DNA of 64,000 nt from an uncultured Candidatus Saccharibacteria bacterium (GCA_964349945.1 CAYGIH010000001.1:227718-291717), one strand, 5' to 3'; positions 27,581 to 37,188 are shown, numbered from the stretch's first letter. A program made the numbers and translations. The notes: generated by a model not told the origin, from the sequence alone.

Positions 27581-28168
27581 TTATTTTGCCTTTTGCCCGA
27601 GGTTATAAACACTTTTTTTCATCCTCTCTCTGCGCCACATACCAAAATGCTTTAAATAACCAAATTTGTGTACATATATAGGACCAAAACCTGCAAACCA
27701 CAAAATCCCTTTTCTCAATTCATTCGTCGTATCACCAAAAACAATTCGTTGAACAATTGGAGCAGTATCAGAAGTCACAATCATTGAAGCGGATTTACCT
27801 TTTAATAATTTTTTCCACATATAACCACCATCAACAAAACTATATGCAAAATTTGGTAACCAAGCCCTATCAAAAAGGCCCTTAAGCTTCGCTGGCATAG
27901 AAGACCACCAAGAAGGATAAATAATTACTAAATGATCAGCCCATCTCACGTTTTCTTGAAAAGCTAAAAGATCTGGTTCAAGTTCCTGCTTGAGTCTGTA
28001 ACCATGATGGAGCATTGGATCAAAGTTCATTTCCCCAACATTCATTCTTCGTACATCATGGCCATTTTCCATAGCCCCTCTTTCGTATTCGTTAGCCAAA
28101 GTTGCGTTCAAGCTATCCGTGTCTGGGTGCCCAAGCAAAATAAAGATTTTTTTGGTTTTCTTACTCAT
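27581..28168 (-). CDS. Flavodoxin-like fold NAD(P)H-dependent oxidoreductase (NQO1/KefG/MdaB family)
   Basis: 'KIFILLGHPDTDSLNATLANEY' N-terminal signature of Flavodoxin_2 family. Confidence 0.7.
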   Translation of the reverse strand: MSKKTKKIFILLGHPDTDSLNATLANEYERGAMENGHDVRRMNVGEMNFDPMLHHGYRLKQELEPDLLAFQENVRWADHLVIIYPSWWSSMPAKLKGLFDRAWLPNFAYSFVDGGYMWKKLLKGKSASMIVTSDTAPIVQRIVFGDTTNELRKGILWFAGFGPIYVHKFGYLKHFGMWRRERMKKSVYNLGQKAK

Positions 28169-28389
28169 AGCAACTTTTGGAATTCTGCTTGATGCTTGCG
28201 CATTACCTCCATAGAAGCTTCCATCTCTGACTTCCCCGCTTTCTTCTTGGCCTCAATTTCCTCTCCAATCATCTTAAAAAATTCTGGATTTCTCTCCATG
28301 GCTCCAAGGAGCTTCTCCTGCTGAGCCTCTGGTACTCCCTTCATTTTAGATTTTAATATTTGTCTGGTGAAAAAGCTTTTGATTCCCAT
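28165..28389 (-). CDS. Hypothetical small protein (74 aa); its 3' end overlaps the start of the oxidoreductase gene by 4 nt (ATGA)
   Basis: Charged, helical composition. The TATAATAGCTAT motif directly abuts the ATG. Confidence 0.4.
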   Translation of the reverse strand: MGIKSFFTRQILKSKMKGVPEAQQEKLLGAMERNPEFFKMIGEEIEAKKKAGKSEMEASMEVMRKHQAEFQKLL

Positions 28390-28428
28390 ATATAGCTATT
28401 ATACTTGCACTAACTCATATTTCCAAAC

Positions 28429-28452
28429 AAAAAAACAGCCGAAGCCGTTTTC
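28429..28452 (-). terminator. Intrinsic terminator on the minus strand (AACGGC-UUCG-GCUGUU followed by a U-run) after the zinc-ribbon gene
   Basis: UUCG tetraloop hairpin followed on the minus strand by TTTTTTTG. Confidence 0.55.
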
Positions 28453-28476
28453 CTGAATAAACATTATTTTATTAAA

Positions 28477-28644
28477 TTACTTCTTTGCTGAAGGAAGGAT
28501 TTTGTACATTCCTGTGCCACAAACGGTACAAGTACCCTTTGCTGCTGGACGTCCAGGCTTGATTTCAACCTTTTTAACATCCTTCATCTCTCTCTTCTCT
28601 TTGCACTTTACACAATAACCTATGATTTTTTCATTTGTATCCAT
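28477..28644 (-). CDS. Small zinc-ribbon protein (CxxC...CxxC), about 55 aa from the internal ATG
   Basis: 'YCVKCKEK...CTVCGTGMYK' four-Cys ribbon. The longer track ORF relies on a TTG start; the ATG at 28642..28644 is the likelier start. Confidence 0.5.
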   Translation of the reverse strand: MDTNEKIIGYCVKCKEKREMKDVKKVEIKPGRPAAKGTCTVCGTGMYKILPSAKK

Positions 28645-28698
28645 CCGAGTACTATACCATTTAGCAAACAAAAAGCAATACAATCAAGCCTAAATATG

Positions 28699-28769
28699 TG
28701 GACCTAGCGGGAATCGCACCCGCGATTCGTCCATGCCATGGACGCGTGTTACTACTATACTATAGGCCC
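28699..28769 (-). tRNA. tRNA-Ala (anticodon GGC)
   Basis: Cloverleaf with 7-bp acceptor stem carrying the G3:U70 alanine identity pair, anticodon loop AUGGCAU, and a GC-rich T-stem GCGGG/CCCGC. The T-loop UGCGAUU is slightly non-canonical. CCA is not encoded. Confidence 0.6.
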
Positions 28770-28908
28770 AGAATAGCTATTAGCTGATAGCTTTTTAGCT
28801 ATTTAGTTTTAATACTTTATCAAAATAACATTTGAAAATAAATCAATTTCCCTGTATTCTAGTAATTCAGCTAAAAAAGCTAACAACTGAAAGCTGAAAG
28901 CTGTTTTA

Positions 28909-28984
28909 GGGCCCTTAGCTTAGTTGGTAGAGCGCCTCATTTGCAATGAGGAGGTCACCGGTTCGAATCCGGTAGGGTCCACCA
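28909..28984 (+). tRNA. tRNA-Ala (anticodon UGC), CCA encoded
   Basis: GGGCCCU acceptor with G3:U70, D-arm AGCUUAGUUGGUAGAGC, anticodon loop UUUGCAA, T-arm GGUUCGAAUCC, 3' ACCA. Confidence 0.9.
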
Positions 28985-29364
28985 TGACGAGCGTAGTTGA
29001 GAAGTTGTTTGATAAAGAAAACGGGAATTTAGTTGTCCCGTTAGCTCTGTTTATATTGTTTTTTATTCTTAAAGCTTTTGCTGGCTTTTCTGAACTGACT
29101 TCAACAATAATCGCGATATTATTCAGTGCCACCATCTTTAAGGTCAGAATTCATAAAGGTGAATACAAAGTATTTCTGCTTGGTCTATTTATTGGCTCTT
29201 TTATAGAAATTGTTCTCGGCCTAGTATCAAGAAAACAATTCTGGGATGATGCGTCTCTTTTGGGTGTGCCTGCTTGGCTCCCTATTGCTTGGGCTATAGG
29301 TTTTGTAGTCATCACAAGAGTTGGAATGACTATTGAAGGTTTTAAATGGAAAAATGGGGATTAA
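28984..29364 (+). CDS. Hypothetical small membrane protein (about 126 aa from the ATG at 28984)
   Basis: Three or four hydrophobic helices. The longer track ORF begins with TTG inside the tRNA; the ATG overlaps the last tRNA base. Confidence 0.4.
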   Translation: MTSVVEKLFDKENGNLVVPLALFILFFILKAFAGFSELTSTIIAILFSATIFKVRIHKGEYKVFLLGLFIGSFIEIVLGLVSRKQFWDDASLLGVPAWLPIAWAIGFVVITRVGMTIEGFKWKNGD

Positions 29365-29576
29365 GCGACTTCCCTCTTTCTCTCTTCGTTTGCCTTTAGT
29401 ATATCTCTTGCAGCCTGACGAGCTCTCTCCATTATTTGTTCATCATTTAATCCTTCTTTTTCTTTCATTCTTTTTATTGCCTCAATAGGAAATCTTACAA
29501 ATGGAATATCAGGATTACCTATATCTGGTCCTTCTTTCTTTTCTGGTTCCTGTGGAGGAATATCAAAATTAAGCAT
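29361..29576 (-). CDS. Hypothetical small charged protein (71 aa)
   Basis: ORF only; no motif recognised. Confidence 0.3.
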   Translation of the reverse strand: MLNFDIPPQEPEKKEGPDIGNPDIPFVRFPIEAIKRMKEKEGLNDEQIMERARQAARDILKANEERKREVA

Positions 29577-29615
29577 TTATGTGATTATTACTCTTAATAG
29601 GTTAATTATATCAAT

Positions 29616-30608
29616 TTATTTAGTTTCGCGCGCCAGTACGAGTACATGCTCCAAAAATCTCTCAGGACTTGAGCCTATATAATCCAACGATTTATGTAAG
29701 AGCGAATCTTTAGAAAAATCAGGTAAAGCTCCAGTTTCTAAGACATAAACCTTGCCTTGCGGGGTGAGAATCAAATCAGAATATGAATAATGCCTTAAAC
29801 CTAATGCTTCATGGGCCTTCTTAGCTGCATGTTCTAAAATCTTCTTTTCATTAGGAGAGAAACTGGTTTCGTGTAGATATTCATGAACAGAATTAAATTT
29901 TTTATCATAATCAGGCATTAGCTGATTACGTTTTGGGGTAAATACTTCAACAGGAACAAGTGCATAATGTTTTTCTCCTCTAAATCCCTCTATGACTCCA
30001 CATCTAGCTTCCCTACCCCTTATAAATTCTTCAACAATCACTTTTGGAGAATATTCTAAAGCTTCATCAATATATTTGGCTAACTCTTCAAATGTATAAG
30101 CCAATCTAACTCCTCGTCTATAATTCTCACTACTAGGTTTAATTACCAAGGGGTGCATATAATTCCTAAATATTTCCACCAATTTTTCTAATTCTTCTTC
30201 TCCTGTAAGTATTTCAAATCTTGGAGTGAGAAGTCCATAGTTTGAATAAGCATTTTTAGCCAAATCCTTGTTTAGCGCCATAACTGATCCAAGCGCTGTT
30301 GAACCTGTATAAGGTTTGCTCATTGATGCAAGCATTTTTTGAACACTACCCTCATCGGCAAATTTACCTTGAAGTGCATTAAAAGCAATGTCTGCATATT
30401 CAAGAGCCTTATGCGGTGGAACTTTTACTCCCTTTAAATGCCATTCACCATTTTTGGATATAAAAATATCTATTGGTTCATAATTATCAAGTTTTTCTCT
30501 AAGAAGATAAAGTGCATGCTCTCCTGTTTTAAGAGACGCATCATACTCCTCTGAAGGTCCACCACGTAAAACCGCAACCTTAATTTTTGAATTAGAAGAA
30601 ATACCCAT
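29616..30608 (-). CDS. ddl: D-alanine--D-alanine ligase family ATP-grasp enzyme
   Basis: 'KVAVLRGGPSEEYDASLKTGEHAL' Ddl N-terminal domain. ATP-grasp core. 330 aa. Confidence 0.75.
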   Translation of the reverse strand: MGISSNSKIKVAVLRGGPSEEYDASLKTGEHALYLLREKLDNYEPIDIFISKNGEWHLKGVKVPPHKALEYADIAFNALQGKFADEGSVQKMLASMSKPYTGSTALGSVMALNKDLAKNAYSNYGLLTPRFEILTGEEELEKLVEIFRNYMHPLVIKPSSENYRRGVRLAYTFEELAKYIDEALEYSPKVIVEEFIRGREARCGVIEGFRGEKHYALVPVEVFTPKRNQLMPDYDKKFNSVHEYLHETSFSPNEKKILEHAAKKAHEALGLRHYSYSDLILTPQGKVYVLETGALPDFSKDSLLHKSLDYIGSSPERFLEHVLVLARETK

Positions 30609-30615
30609 GAGGAAA

Positions 30616-31809
30616 TTATATCCTAAATCCCTTGCTTCGCAATTTACGGTGATAGGTTATAGCGAACCTATGAGCTTCAGTGTTCGCAAGGAGAATTGAT
30701 TTGCCCCATTTTTCTACAGTACCTTTGAGGCCCAAAATATCTTTAGCTTTATGCCTTTCATCCTTTACTACAGAAACAATTTCGATTAGGAAGCCTCTAT
30801 CTTTCAAAATACTTCTAGCTGCATTAATCTGCGCAGTACTTCCGTCTATGACTATTAAATTTGGAAGAGACCATTCTGCATGACCAAGACGTCGTCTAAT
30901 TATTTCCCTTAAATTCGCTGTATCATCTATACTAACTTTTTTGTTTTGTCCAATTATTTTAAACTTTCTGTATTGATCTTTAGCCAATTCTCCATCTATA
31001 ACTACAGTCATCACCCCAACAGTATCTTTACCTGAAAGATGCGCAATATCAAAAGCCTCTATTCTATATGCGCTTTCATTATTATCTCTTTCTATATCTC
31101 TTCTAATTAGTGCAATATCTTGAATATGCTCTAGAGAGTAGATGGTTCTTTTCAACTGCTCAGCTTGCTCAAACCTTTCTTCTTTGGCCGAAGATTTCAT
31201 CTCTTTCTCTAAATCCTTAATAAGCAAATTTTTTTTGGCTTCAAAAAATAGTTTTATGTATTTAATTCTTTTTTTATATTCCCTTTTGTTCATTAACCCT
31301 GCACAAACTCCAGGACATAGTCCAATTTGTGAGTTGAAACAGGGTTTCTTCATAGTGCATTTGTTATCTCTATATGGGAATATTCGTCTAATTATCTTTA
31401 AAGCTTCTCTTAATTCACTACTATTTGGGAATGGACCGTATGTGCCGTTACCACGAGTTATAAATATTTGAGGAAAGTCTTCGTCGGTGACAGTCACATA
31501 GTTATAACTCTTATCATCTTTCTCTCTCGAATTAAAATACGGTTGATGTTTCTTTATTTGATTAGCTTCCAGAATCAAGGCTTCAAGCACTGATTGAGTT
31601 TGAATAAATTTTATATCTTGAGCCCTTTCTAACATTTGTACTAATCTTGGTCCACGAGTATTCATGAGGTCTCTGGAGAAATAACTTTTCACTCTGTCTC
31701 TCAAACTGGTAGCCTTGCCTATATATAAAATTTCTTTTTTTGGTCCAAAGAAAAAATACACCCCAGGAGCGTCAGGTAATTTGAGTTTTTTATAGCCTTG
31801 ACTGTTCAT
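30616..31809 (-). CDS. uvrC: Excinuclease ABC subunit C (compact UvrC, about 397 aa from the internal ATG)
   Basis: GIY-YIG 'GVYFFFGPKKEILYIGKATSLRDR'. The 59-codon N-terminal extension of the track ORF depends on a GTG start running through a GC-rich island and is probably spurious. Confidence 0.8.
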   Translation of the reverse strand: MNSQGYKKLKLPDAPGVYFFFGPKKEILYIGKATSLRDRVKSYFSRDLMNTRGPRLVQMLERAQDIKFIQTQSVLEALILEANQIKKHQPYFNSREKDDKSYNYVTVTDEDFPQIFITRGNGTYGPFPNSSELREALKIIRRIFPYRDNKCTMKKPCFNSQIGLCPGVCAGLMNKREYKKRIKYIKLFFEAKKNLLIKDLEKEMKSSAKEERFEQAEQLKRTIYSLEHIQDIALIRRDIERDNNESAYRIEAFDIAHLSGKDTVGVMTVVIDGELAKDQYRKFKIIGQNKKVSIDDTANLREIIRRRLGHAEWSLPNLIVIDGSTAQINAARSILKDRGFLIEIVSVVKDERHKAKDILGLKGTVEKWGKSILLANTEAHRFAITYHRKLRSKGFRI

Positions 31810-31864
31810 TATTTCTATCTTACTATCATAAAAGACTAAGCACAAACCCTTTCTGAGAGGCACT

Positions 31865-32038
31865 ATGACTGTCGCCAAGGACGGCCAGAATGGTCCACGA
31901 GCCGAAAGAACTGTTCGTGAACTCGACAAGGAAACTCTCAATTTGCTCAACAGTGCAACTCCTGACAACTCAGCACATGTTGACACAAGAGTGAGGAGCG
32001 ACGGAGTAACCGAAACCAGACCAGCATCGTCTGAGTAG
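31865..32038 (+). CDS. GC-rich small ORF (57 aa, hydrophilic, likely disordered) with SD and terminator; coding status uncertain, RNA alternative
   Basis: GAGAGG lies 5 nt before the ATG. The ORF ends inside the terminator hairpin. Antisense to the flanking genes. Confidence 0.3.
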   Translation: MTVAKDGQNGPRAERTVRELDKETLNLLNSATPDNSAHVDTRVRSDGVTETRPASSE

Positions 32039-32061
32039 CAGAGCTAGCGCTCTGCTTTTTT
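32038..32061 (+). terminator. Intrinsic terminator on the plus strand (GCAGAGC-uagc-GCUCUGC followed by UUUUUU)
   Basis: Perfect 7-bp stem followed by T6 on the plus strand. Overlaps the uvrA stop codon on the opposite strand. Confidence 0.65.
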
Positions 32062-34683
32062 CTTACTCTTTTTTAATATTTTTCTTAGATAAACACCTGT
32101 ATGAGTATCTGTGTTTGCCACTTCTTCCGGTGTCCCACAGGCGACTAATTCCCCACCACTATTTCCACCTTCTGGGCCAATATCTAATACGTAGTCACAA
32201 CTTTTAATAAAATCTAAATTATGTTCAATGACTATAACTGTATTACCTTTGTCTACTAGTATTTGGAGAATTTCTATAAGCTTCTTTACATCCTCATAAT
32301 GAAGTCCAATTGTTGGCTCGTCCAAAATATATATGGTTTTTTGATGTTGAGGACGATAAAGCTCCGAAGCAATCTTCACTCGTTGAGCCTCTCCACCAGA
32401 GAGAGTGGTGGCTGACTGACCGAGTTTTAAATAGCCTAGCCCCACATCACTCATACATTTTAATCTGTCATAGATAGCAGGTATATCCTCATAGAAAGTC
32501 TGTGCCTCCTCAACTGTCATTTCCAATACCTGAAATATATTTTTCTTTTTATATTCAACCTCTAACGTCTCTTTCATAAACCTCTTACCCTTACAGACAT
32601 CACAAGGCACATAAACAGTAGGAAGAAAATGCATTTCAACTTCAATCATCCCATTGCCTTGACATGTCTCACATCTACCACCCTTCACATTGAACGAAAA
32701 TCTATTAGCCTTCCATCCACGTGCACGTGCTTCTGTAGACTCAGCGAACAAATCACGAATAAAAGTAAACGCTCCAGTATATGTGGCTGGATTACTTCGA
32801 GGAGTTCGACCGATTGGAGATTGATCAATCATAATCGCTCTCCCCAGATACTCACTGCCAGTGAAAGATTGTGCATTGTATGTTTCTGCACTTCTATATC
32901 TCTTCTCTAATCGTGCTTGTAGATTTTTATATAAAATTTCATAAACAAAAGAAGATTTACCTGAGCCTGACACTCCGGTGACTGCAATTAGACGATTTAA
33001 AGGAATGTCCACATTCAAGTGCTTAATGTTGAATATTTTTCCAGCGCGAATTTTTATTTCCCCCTTCTCACCTGTTCTACGTACTTCTGGGGTTTCAATT
33101 TTTGTTTCCTCTCGCAGATATGAAAGTGTGAGCGACTTTGAATCATTTTTCTTGGCAGTAAGTAAGGTGTCCAAATAGTCAGCCACCACCACGTGTCCTC
33201 CATGAGTACCTGCACCTGGACCTATATCTACAATATAATCAGAAGAGTAAATTGTATCTTCATCATGCTCAACAATGAGTATGGTGTTTCCTAAATCACG
33301 TAGTTCATGGAGAGTTTTAATAAGCCTATCATTATCTCTACTGTGTAGTCCTATCGTTGGCTCATCGAGCACATAAAGTGCTCCCACGAGCCCAGAACCG
33401 AGCTGAGATGCAAGTCTAATGCGCTGTGCTTCTCCACCCGAGAGAGTGTGCGCCCGTCTATCTAGGGTCAAATAATCAATGCCTACATTCAACATAAATT
33501 CTAATCTGGCCTCAATTTCTTTGGTCACCACCTTAGAAATATTCTTCTCTCTAATTGTTAATTTAAGTTTCTTAAAGAATTCATTTGCATCATGAATAGA
33601 CAGAGACACTAATTCAACAATATTCTTGCCACCAATCAAAACATGCAGAGCCTCTTCTCTGAGTCTCTTACCTTTACACTTTTCACACGGAGTACTACCA
33701 AACAAATATTTTGTCCCTAGACCATTACATTCTGGACATGCTCCGTAAGGAGAATTAAATGAGAACAAACGAGGTTCAATTTCTGGGAAGGAGAAACCGT
33801 CTTTTGGACAAGCCCACTTCGCAGACATAAGGAATTCTTCTGCTTCTTTTTGTTCTTTTTTTGGTTTCTGTTCATTAGCCAAATCTCTAAATCTCACTAC
33901 CAAAAGTCCATCTGATTCATGAATAGCTTTCTCTATTGCTTCACTCAACCTTTCGTTGGCAGTTTTCTCATCTGTCTTAAACTCATTCAAACTAATCGAA
34001 TCAACCAATACTGATATGTTGTGCACTTTGGTTTTAGTTAAAACAATTCTCTCTCGCAGTTTTTTTCTTTCTCCATCGACTAATACTTCTGTGTAACCCT
34101 TACCTAATAAGTCATACAAAAGTTGATAGTATTCCCCTTTTCTCCCTCTTACTATTGGAGAATATATTTCCACATAAACAGGCAATTCAAGTTTTTTATT
34201 TTTTGGTTTACTGGATTCATATTCACCAATTTTCTCCAATACAAAAGTTTTTATTTCTTCGTTAGAAAGTTTTTTTATCTCACTTCCGCACACCAAACAA
34301 TGTGGTCGACCAATGCGTGCATACAAAATTCTTAGATAGTCATAAATTTCTGTGATAGTAGCAACTGTTGAGCGTGGATTATTAGAACGAGATTTTTGAT
34401 CAATCGAAATGGCTGGTGAAAGACCACTAATCTCATCTACATCTGGCTTTTGCATTTGCTTCAAAAACTGACGAGCATATGAAGAAAGTGATTCTACATA
34501 ACGCCTTTGTCCCTCGGCAAAAATAGTGTCGAAGGCCAAGGAAGACTTGCCCGAACCAGAAAGTCCAGTGAATACAGTCATTTTGTTGCGTGGCATCTCC
34601 ACACTTAAGTTCTTTAAATTGTGTGTTCGAGCGCCCTTCACTATAATTTTATCTTCTTTGTTTTTATTTTTGTTTTTATCCAT
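32044..34683 (-). CDS. uvrA: Excinuclease ABC subunit A
   Basis: Two ABC modules ('[10 protein letters not shown]', 'GVSGSGKSS') with zinc-finger Cys clusters. 879 aa. Confidence 0.95.
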   Translation of the reverse strand: MDKNKNKNKEDKIIVKGARTHNLKNLSVEMPRNKMTVFTGLSGSGKSSLAFDTIFAEGQRRYVESLSSYARQFLKQMQKPDVDEISGLSPAISIDQKSRSNNPRSTVATITEIYDYLRILYARIGRPHCLVCGSEIKKLSNEEIKTFVLEKIGEYESSKPKNKKLELPVYVEIYSPIVRGRKGEYYQLLYDLLGKGYTEVLVDGERKKLRERIVLTKTKVHNISVLVDSISLNEFKTDEKTANERLSEAIEKAIHESDGLLVVRFRDLANEQKPKKEQKEAEEFLMSAKWACPKDGFSFPEIEPRLFSFNSPYGACPECNGLGTKYLFGSTPCEKCKGKRLREEALHVLIGGKNIVELVSLSIHDANEFFKKLKLTIREKNISKVVTKEIEARLEFMLNVGIDYLTLDRRAHTLSGGEAQRIRLASQLGSGLVGALYVLDEPTIGLHSRDNDRLIKTLHELRDLGNTILIVEHDEDTIYSSDYIVDIGPGAGTHGGHVVVADYLDTLLTAKKNDSKSLTLSYLREETKIETPEVRRTGEKGEIKIRAGKIFNIKHLNVDIPLNRLIAVTGVSGSGKSSFVYEILYKNLQARLEKRYRSAETYNAQSFTGSEYLGRAIMIDQSPIGRTPRSNPATYTGAFTFIRDLFAESTEARARGWKANRFSFNVKGGRCETCQGNGMIEVEMHFLPTVYVPCDVCKGKRFMKETLEVEYKKKNIFQVLEMTVEEAQTFYEDIPAIYDRLKCMSDVGLGYLKLGQSATTLSGGEAQRVKIASELYRPQHQKTIYILDEPTIGLHYEDVKKLIEILQILVDKGNTVIVIEHNLDFIKSCDYVLDIGPEGGNSGGELVACGTPEEVANTDTHTGVYLRKILKKSKKKAER

Positions 34684-34769
34684 ATACTCAAATTCCCCAC
34701 GGTTTGGCCCATGGGGTTTGACACGAACGGATTATATCATCCTAAATAATTCTTATCCACTTTTTTCTA

Positions 34770-35127
34770 TATAAATAAAAATTACACGTGATATTTTAAA
34801 TAAGGGTCAGTTCCTTGTTAAACCTTAAAGCACTGGGCCATGCTAACCTTCGCAGAGTTCAAGCAGAGGAGCTGCACGGAAAAAATTCCATATGCAAGAC
34901 GTGGAATTGCATGGGCTGAGGCACAGAGACTCGGAGAGGGAAACCAAGTCTATGAATGTCTCTTTCACAAACACTATCATGTTGGTCGGCCTGCATCGAA
35001 GCAGATAATTAGGCGCATGTTACTCAAGCTTTTGGTTTTTCGTGAAGTAGAGAGAAAGAGAAGGCACCATCGCAGGATGCGCTTTCTCAATCGTCCTGGT
35101 GCACGCAGGCAACACTTCAATTACCGC
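34770..35127 (+). ncRNA. Candidate structured RNA or foreign mini-gene: GC-rich island between uvrA and uvrB ending in a plus-strand terminator; class unassigned
   Basis: About 50% GC against an AT-rich background. Contains a 98-aa Arg-rich ORF (34840..35136) with no SD, typical of translating a structured RNA. Antisense to both flanking genes. Confidence 0.3.
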
Positions 35128-35156
35128 GCAGCCTAGATATTGGGCTGCTTTTTCTT
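35128..35156 (+). terminator. Intrinsic terminator on the plus strand (GCAGCC-loop-GGCUGC followed by a U-run)
   Basis: 6-bp GC stem with an 8-nt loop, followed by TTTTTCTTTTC. The uvrB stop codon lies inside it on the opposite strand. Confidence 0.6.
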
Positions 35157-37166
35157 TTCTAATTTTGCTTCGAGCATTCTGATTTCATCCCTTATAAGTG
35201 CTGCTGTTTCAAAGTCTAAATCTTTCACCGCTTCTTCCATTTCTTGCCTCTTCACTTTTATAAATTTCTTTGGATTTTTATTAAACAAAGCTTCATCAGT
35301 TTCCATGAGCAATCCAACAGCATTATGATGTTCTCGCTCAAGGGTGTCTGTAATATCTTTAATTTTCTTTTTGATACTAATCGGAGTGATGTTGTGCTTT
35401 TTGTTGTAGGCCATTTGTATTTTCCTTCTTCGAAGCGTCTCACTCATTGCTCTTTCTATAGATCCAGTGACATTGTCCGCATAGAGAATTACTTTGCCCT
35501 CAAGGTTTCTGGCTGCACGACCAATAATTTGAATCAATGATGTTTCTGAACGAAGAAAACCTTCTTTGTCTGCATCAAGTATTCCTATGAAAGTCACTTC
35601 AGGAAGATCTAACCCCTCTCGTAGAAGATTCACTCCAACCAAACAGTCAAACGTGCCCTTTCTAAATTCTGTAAGGATCTCTATGCGTTCTATGGTTTTT
35701 ATCTCACTATGTAAATACCTTGCCTTTATCTTTTTCTCCTTTAGGTATTCAGCCAAATCTTCGGCCATTTTCTTAGTCAGAGTAGTAGCTATCACTCGTC
35801 CACCTTTCTTAATAGCTTTTTCTGTTTCTTCTATGAAGTCTTTCACTTGCCCTTCATACTTACCTTTGCTCTGTATTGGGCGAACTGTCACTTCTGGATC
35901 AATAAGACCGGTTGGACGAATCACCTGCTCCACCAATTCCCCACTATGTTCTAGTTCAAATTTTCCTGGAGTAGCGCTGGTAAATATTATCTGGCCGACT
36001 CTTTCCTTAAATTCTTCTATCCTAAGAGGTCTATTGTCTCTAGCACTAGGTAATCTAAAACCATGTTCAATAAGAGTATCTTTTCTGGATTTATCTCCCG
36101 CATACATACCTCCGATTTGCGGGAGTGAGACGTGGGACTCATCAATGATAGTCAAAAAATCTGGTGTACCATCTAGTTTATGAGGAAAATATGAAAGCAA
36201 AGTGTCTGGAGCTTCCCCAGGTCTTCTGTTTGAAAAAAGCCTGGAATAATTTTCTATCCCATTGCAATAACCCACCTCTCGAATAAGTGCGAGGTCATAA
36301 GAAGTTCTGCGCTTTAATCTTTCAGCTTCGAGTAACTTCCCTTCTTTTTTGAATTTTTCTAATTGTTCTTCTAGTTCTAATTTGATTTTTTGTATTGCTT
36401 TCTTGTTTGTATCATCATTAGTGATGAAGTGCTTCGCAGGGAAAAGGAAAAATGAATCTGGTTCACTAATAATTGTTCGACTGACAGCATCAATACGTTT
36501 TATAGATTTGATTTGTCCTTCTTCTAATTCAATTCTATAAATTATCCTTTCTCCTGTGGGCATTATCTCTACTGCATTACCTAAAGCCCTAAATGTCCCT
36601 GGCTTCACATCAGCATTTGTTCTAGAAAAATGAATATCTATAAGATCGCGTATAAAATCAGCACGACTAAGTTTGTCCCCTTTCACTATCTTCATGTTCA
36701 CCCTCTCATATTCTGCTGGAGAACCAAGGCCATAAATACAAGATACAGAAGCTACAATTATTACGTCCTTCCTAGTAAGTAAGGCTTGGGTCGAAGCATG
36801 ACGAAGTCTATCTATCTCTTCATTAATCATCGCCTCCTTCTCAATATAAGTATCTGTGACCGGCATATAAGCCTCTGGCTGATAGTAGTCATAGTAAGAC
36901 ACGAAGTAGTGCACTGCATTGTCTGGGAAGAATTCTCGATATTCTTGGGCTAACTGTGCCGCAAGGGTTTTGTTGTGCGCAATGACCAAGGTTGGCTTAC
37001 CAATTTTCTCTATCACATTCGCCGCGGTGAAAGTCTTTCCAGAACCAGTCACGCCCAAAAGAGTTTGATATCGTTTACCTTTCCTTAGTCCTTCGACCAA
37101 CTCTTTGATCGCTTTTGGTTGGTCTCCAGCTGGTTTAAAGTCATTTTTTATCTTAAAAACTGTCAT
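35133..37166 (-). CDS. uvrB: Excinuclease ABC subunit B
   Basis: 'LLGVTGSGKTFT' Walker A, helicase motifs, C-terminal UVR domain ('ALIRDEIRMLEAKL'). Confidence 0.95.
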   Translation of the reverse strand: MTVFKIKNDFKPAGDQPKAIKELVEGLRKGKRYQTLLGVTGSGKTFTAANVIEKIGKPTLVIAHNKTLAAQLAQEYREFFPDNAVHYFVSYYDYYQPEAYMPVTDTYIEKEAMINEEIDRLRHASTQALLTRKDVIIVASVSCIYGLGSPAEYERVNMKIVKGDKLSRADFIRDLIDIHFSRTNADVKPGTFRALGNAVEIMPTGERIIYRIELEEGQIKSIKRIDAVSRTIISEPDSFFLFPAKHFITNDDTNKKAIQKIKLELEEQLEKFKKEGKLLEAERLKRRTSYDLALIREVGYCNGIENYSRLFSNRRPGEAPDTLLSYFPHKLDGTPDFLTIIDESHVSLPQIGGMYAGDKSRKDTLIEHGFRLPSARDNRPLRIEEFKERVGQIIFTSATPGKFELEHSGELVEQVIRPTGLIDPEVTVRPIQSKGKYEGQVKDFIEETEKAIKKGGRVIATTLTKKMAEDLAEYLKEKKIKARYLHSEIKTIERIEILTEFRKGTFDCLVGVNLLREGLDLPEVTFIGILDADKEGFLRSETSLIQIIGRAARNLEGKVILYADNVTGSIERAMSETLRRRKIQMAYNKKHNITPISIKKKIKDITDTLEREHHNAVGLLMETDEALFNKNPKKFIKVKRQEMEEAVKDLDFETAALIRDEIRMLEAKLEKKKQPNI

Positions 37167-37188
37167 ATTTGCGCATTATAGCAAATTA

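Noticed and set aside
28924-29364. 146-aa ORF beginning inside tRNA-Ala(UGC) and 68-aa ORF 28477..28683 beginning with TTG
   Set aside because: Both depend on TTG starts and overlap tRNA or extra codons. Downstream ATGs (28984 and 28642) give more plausible starts.
30616-31986. Long N-terminal extension (59 codons, GTG start) of uvrC
   Set aside because: The extension runs through the GC-rich antisense island and precedes the conserved GIY-YIG start. The ATG at 31807..31809 gives a normal UvrC N-terminus.
35566-36183. 205-aa plus-strand ORF inside uvrB (and other internal ORFs at 35140..35540, 36349..36540)
   Set aside because: Antisense to uvrB; no SD; low-complexity Ser-rich translation.
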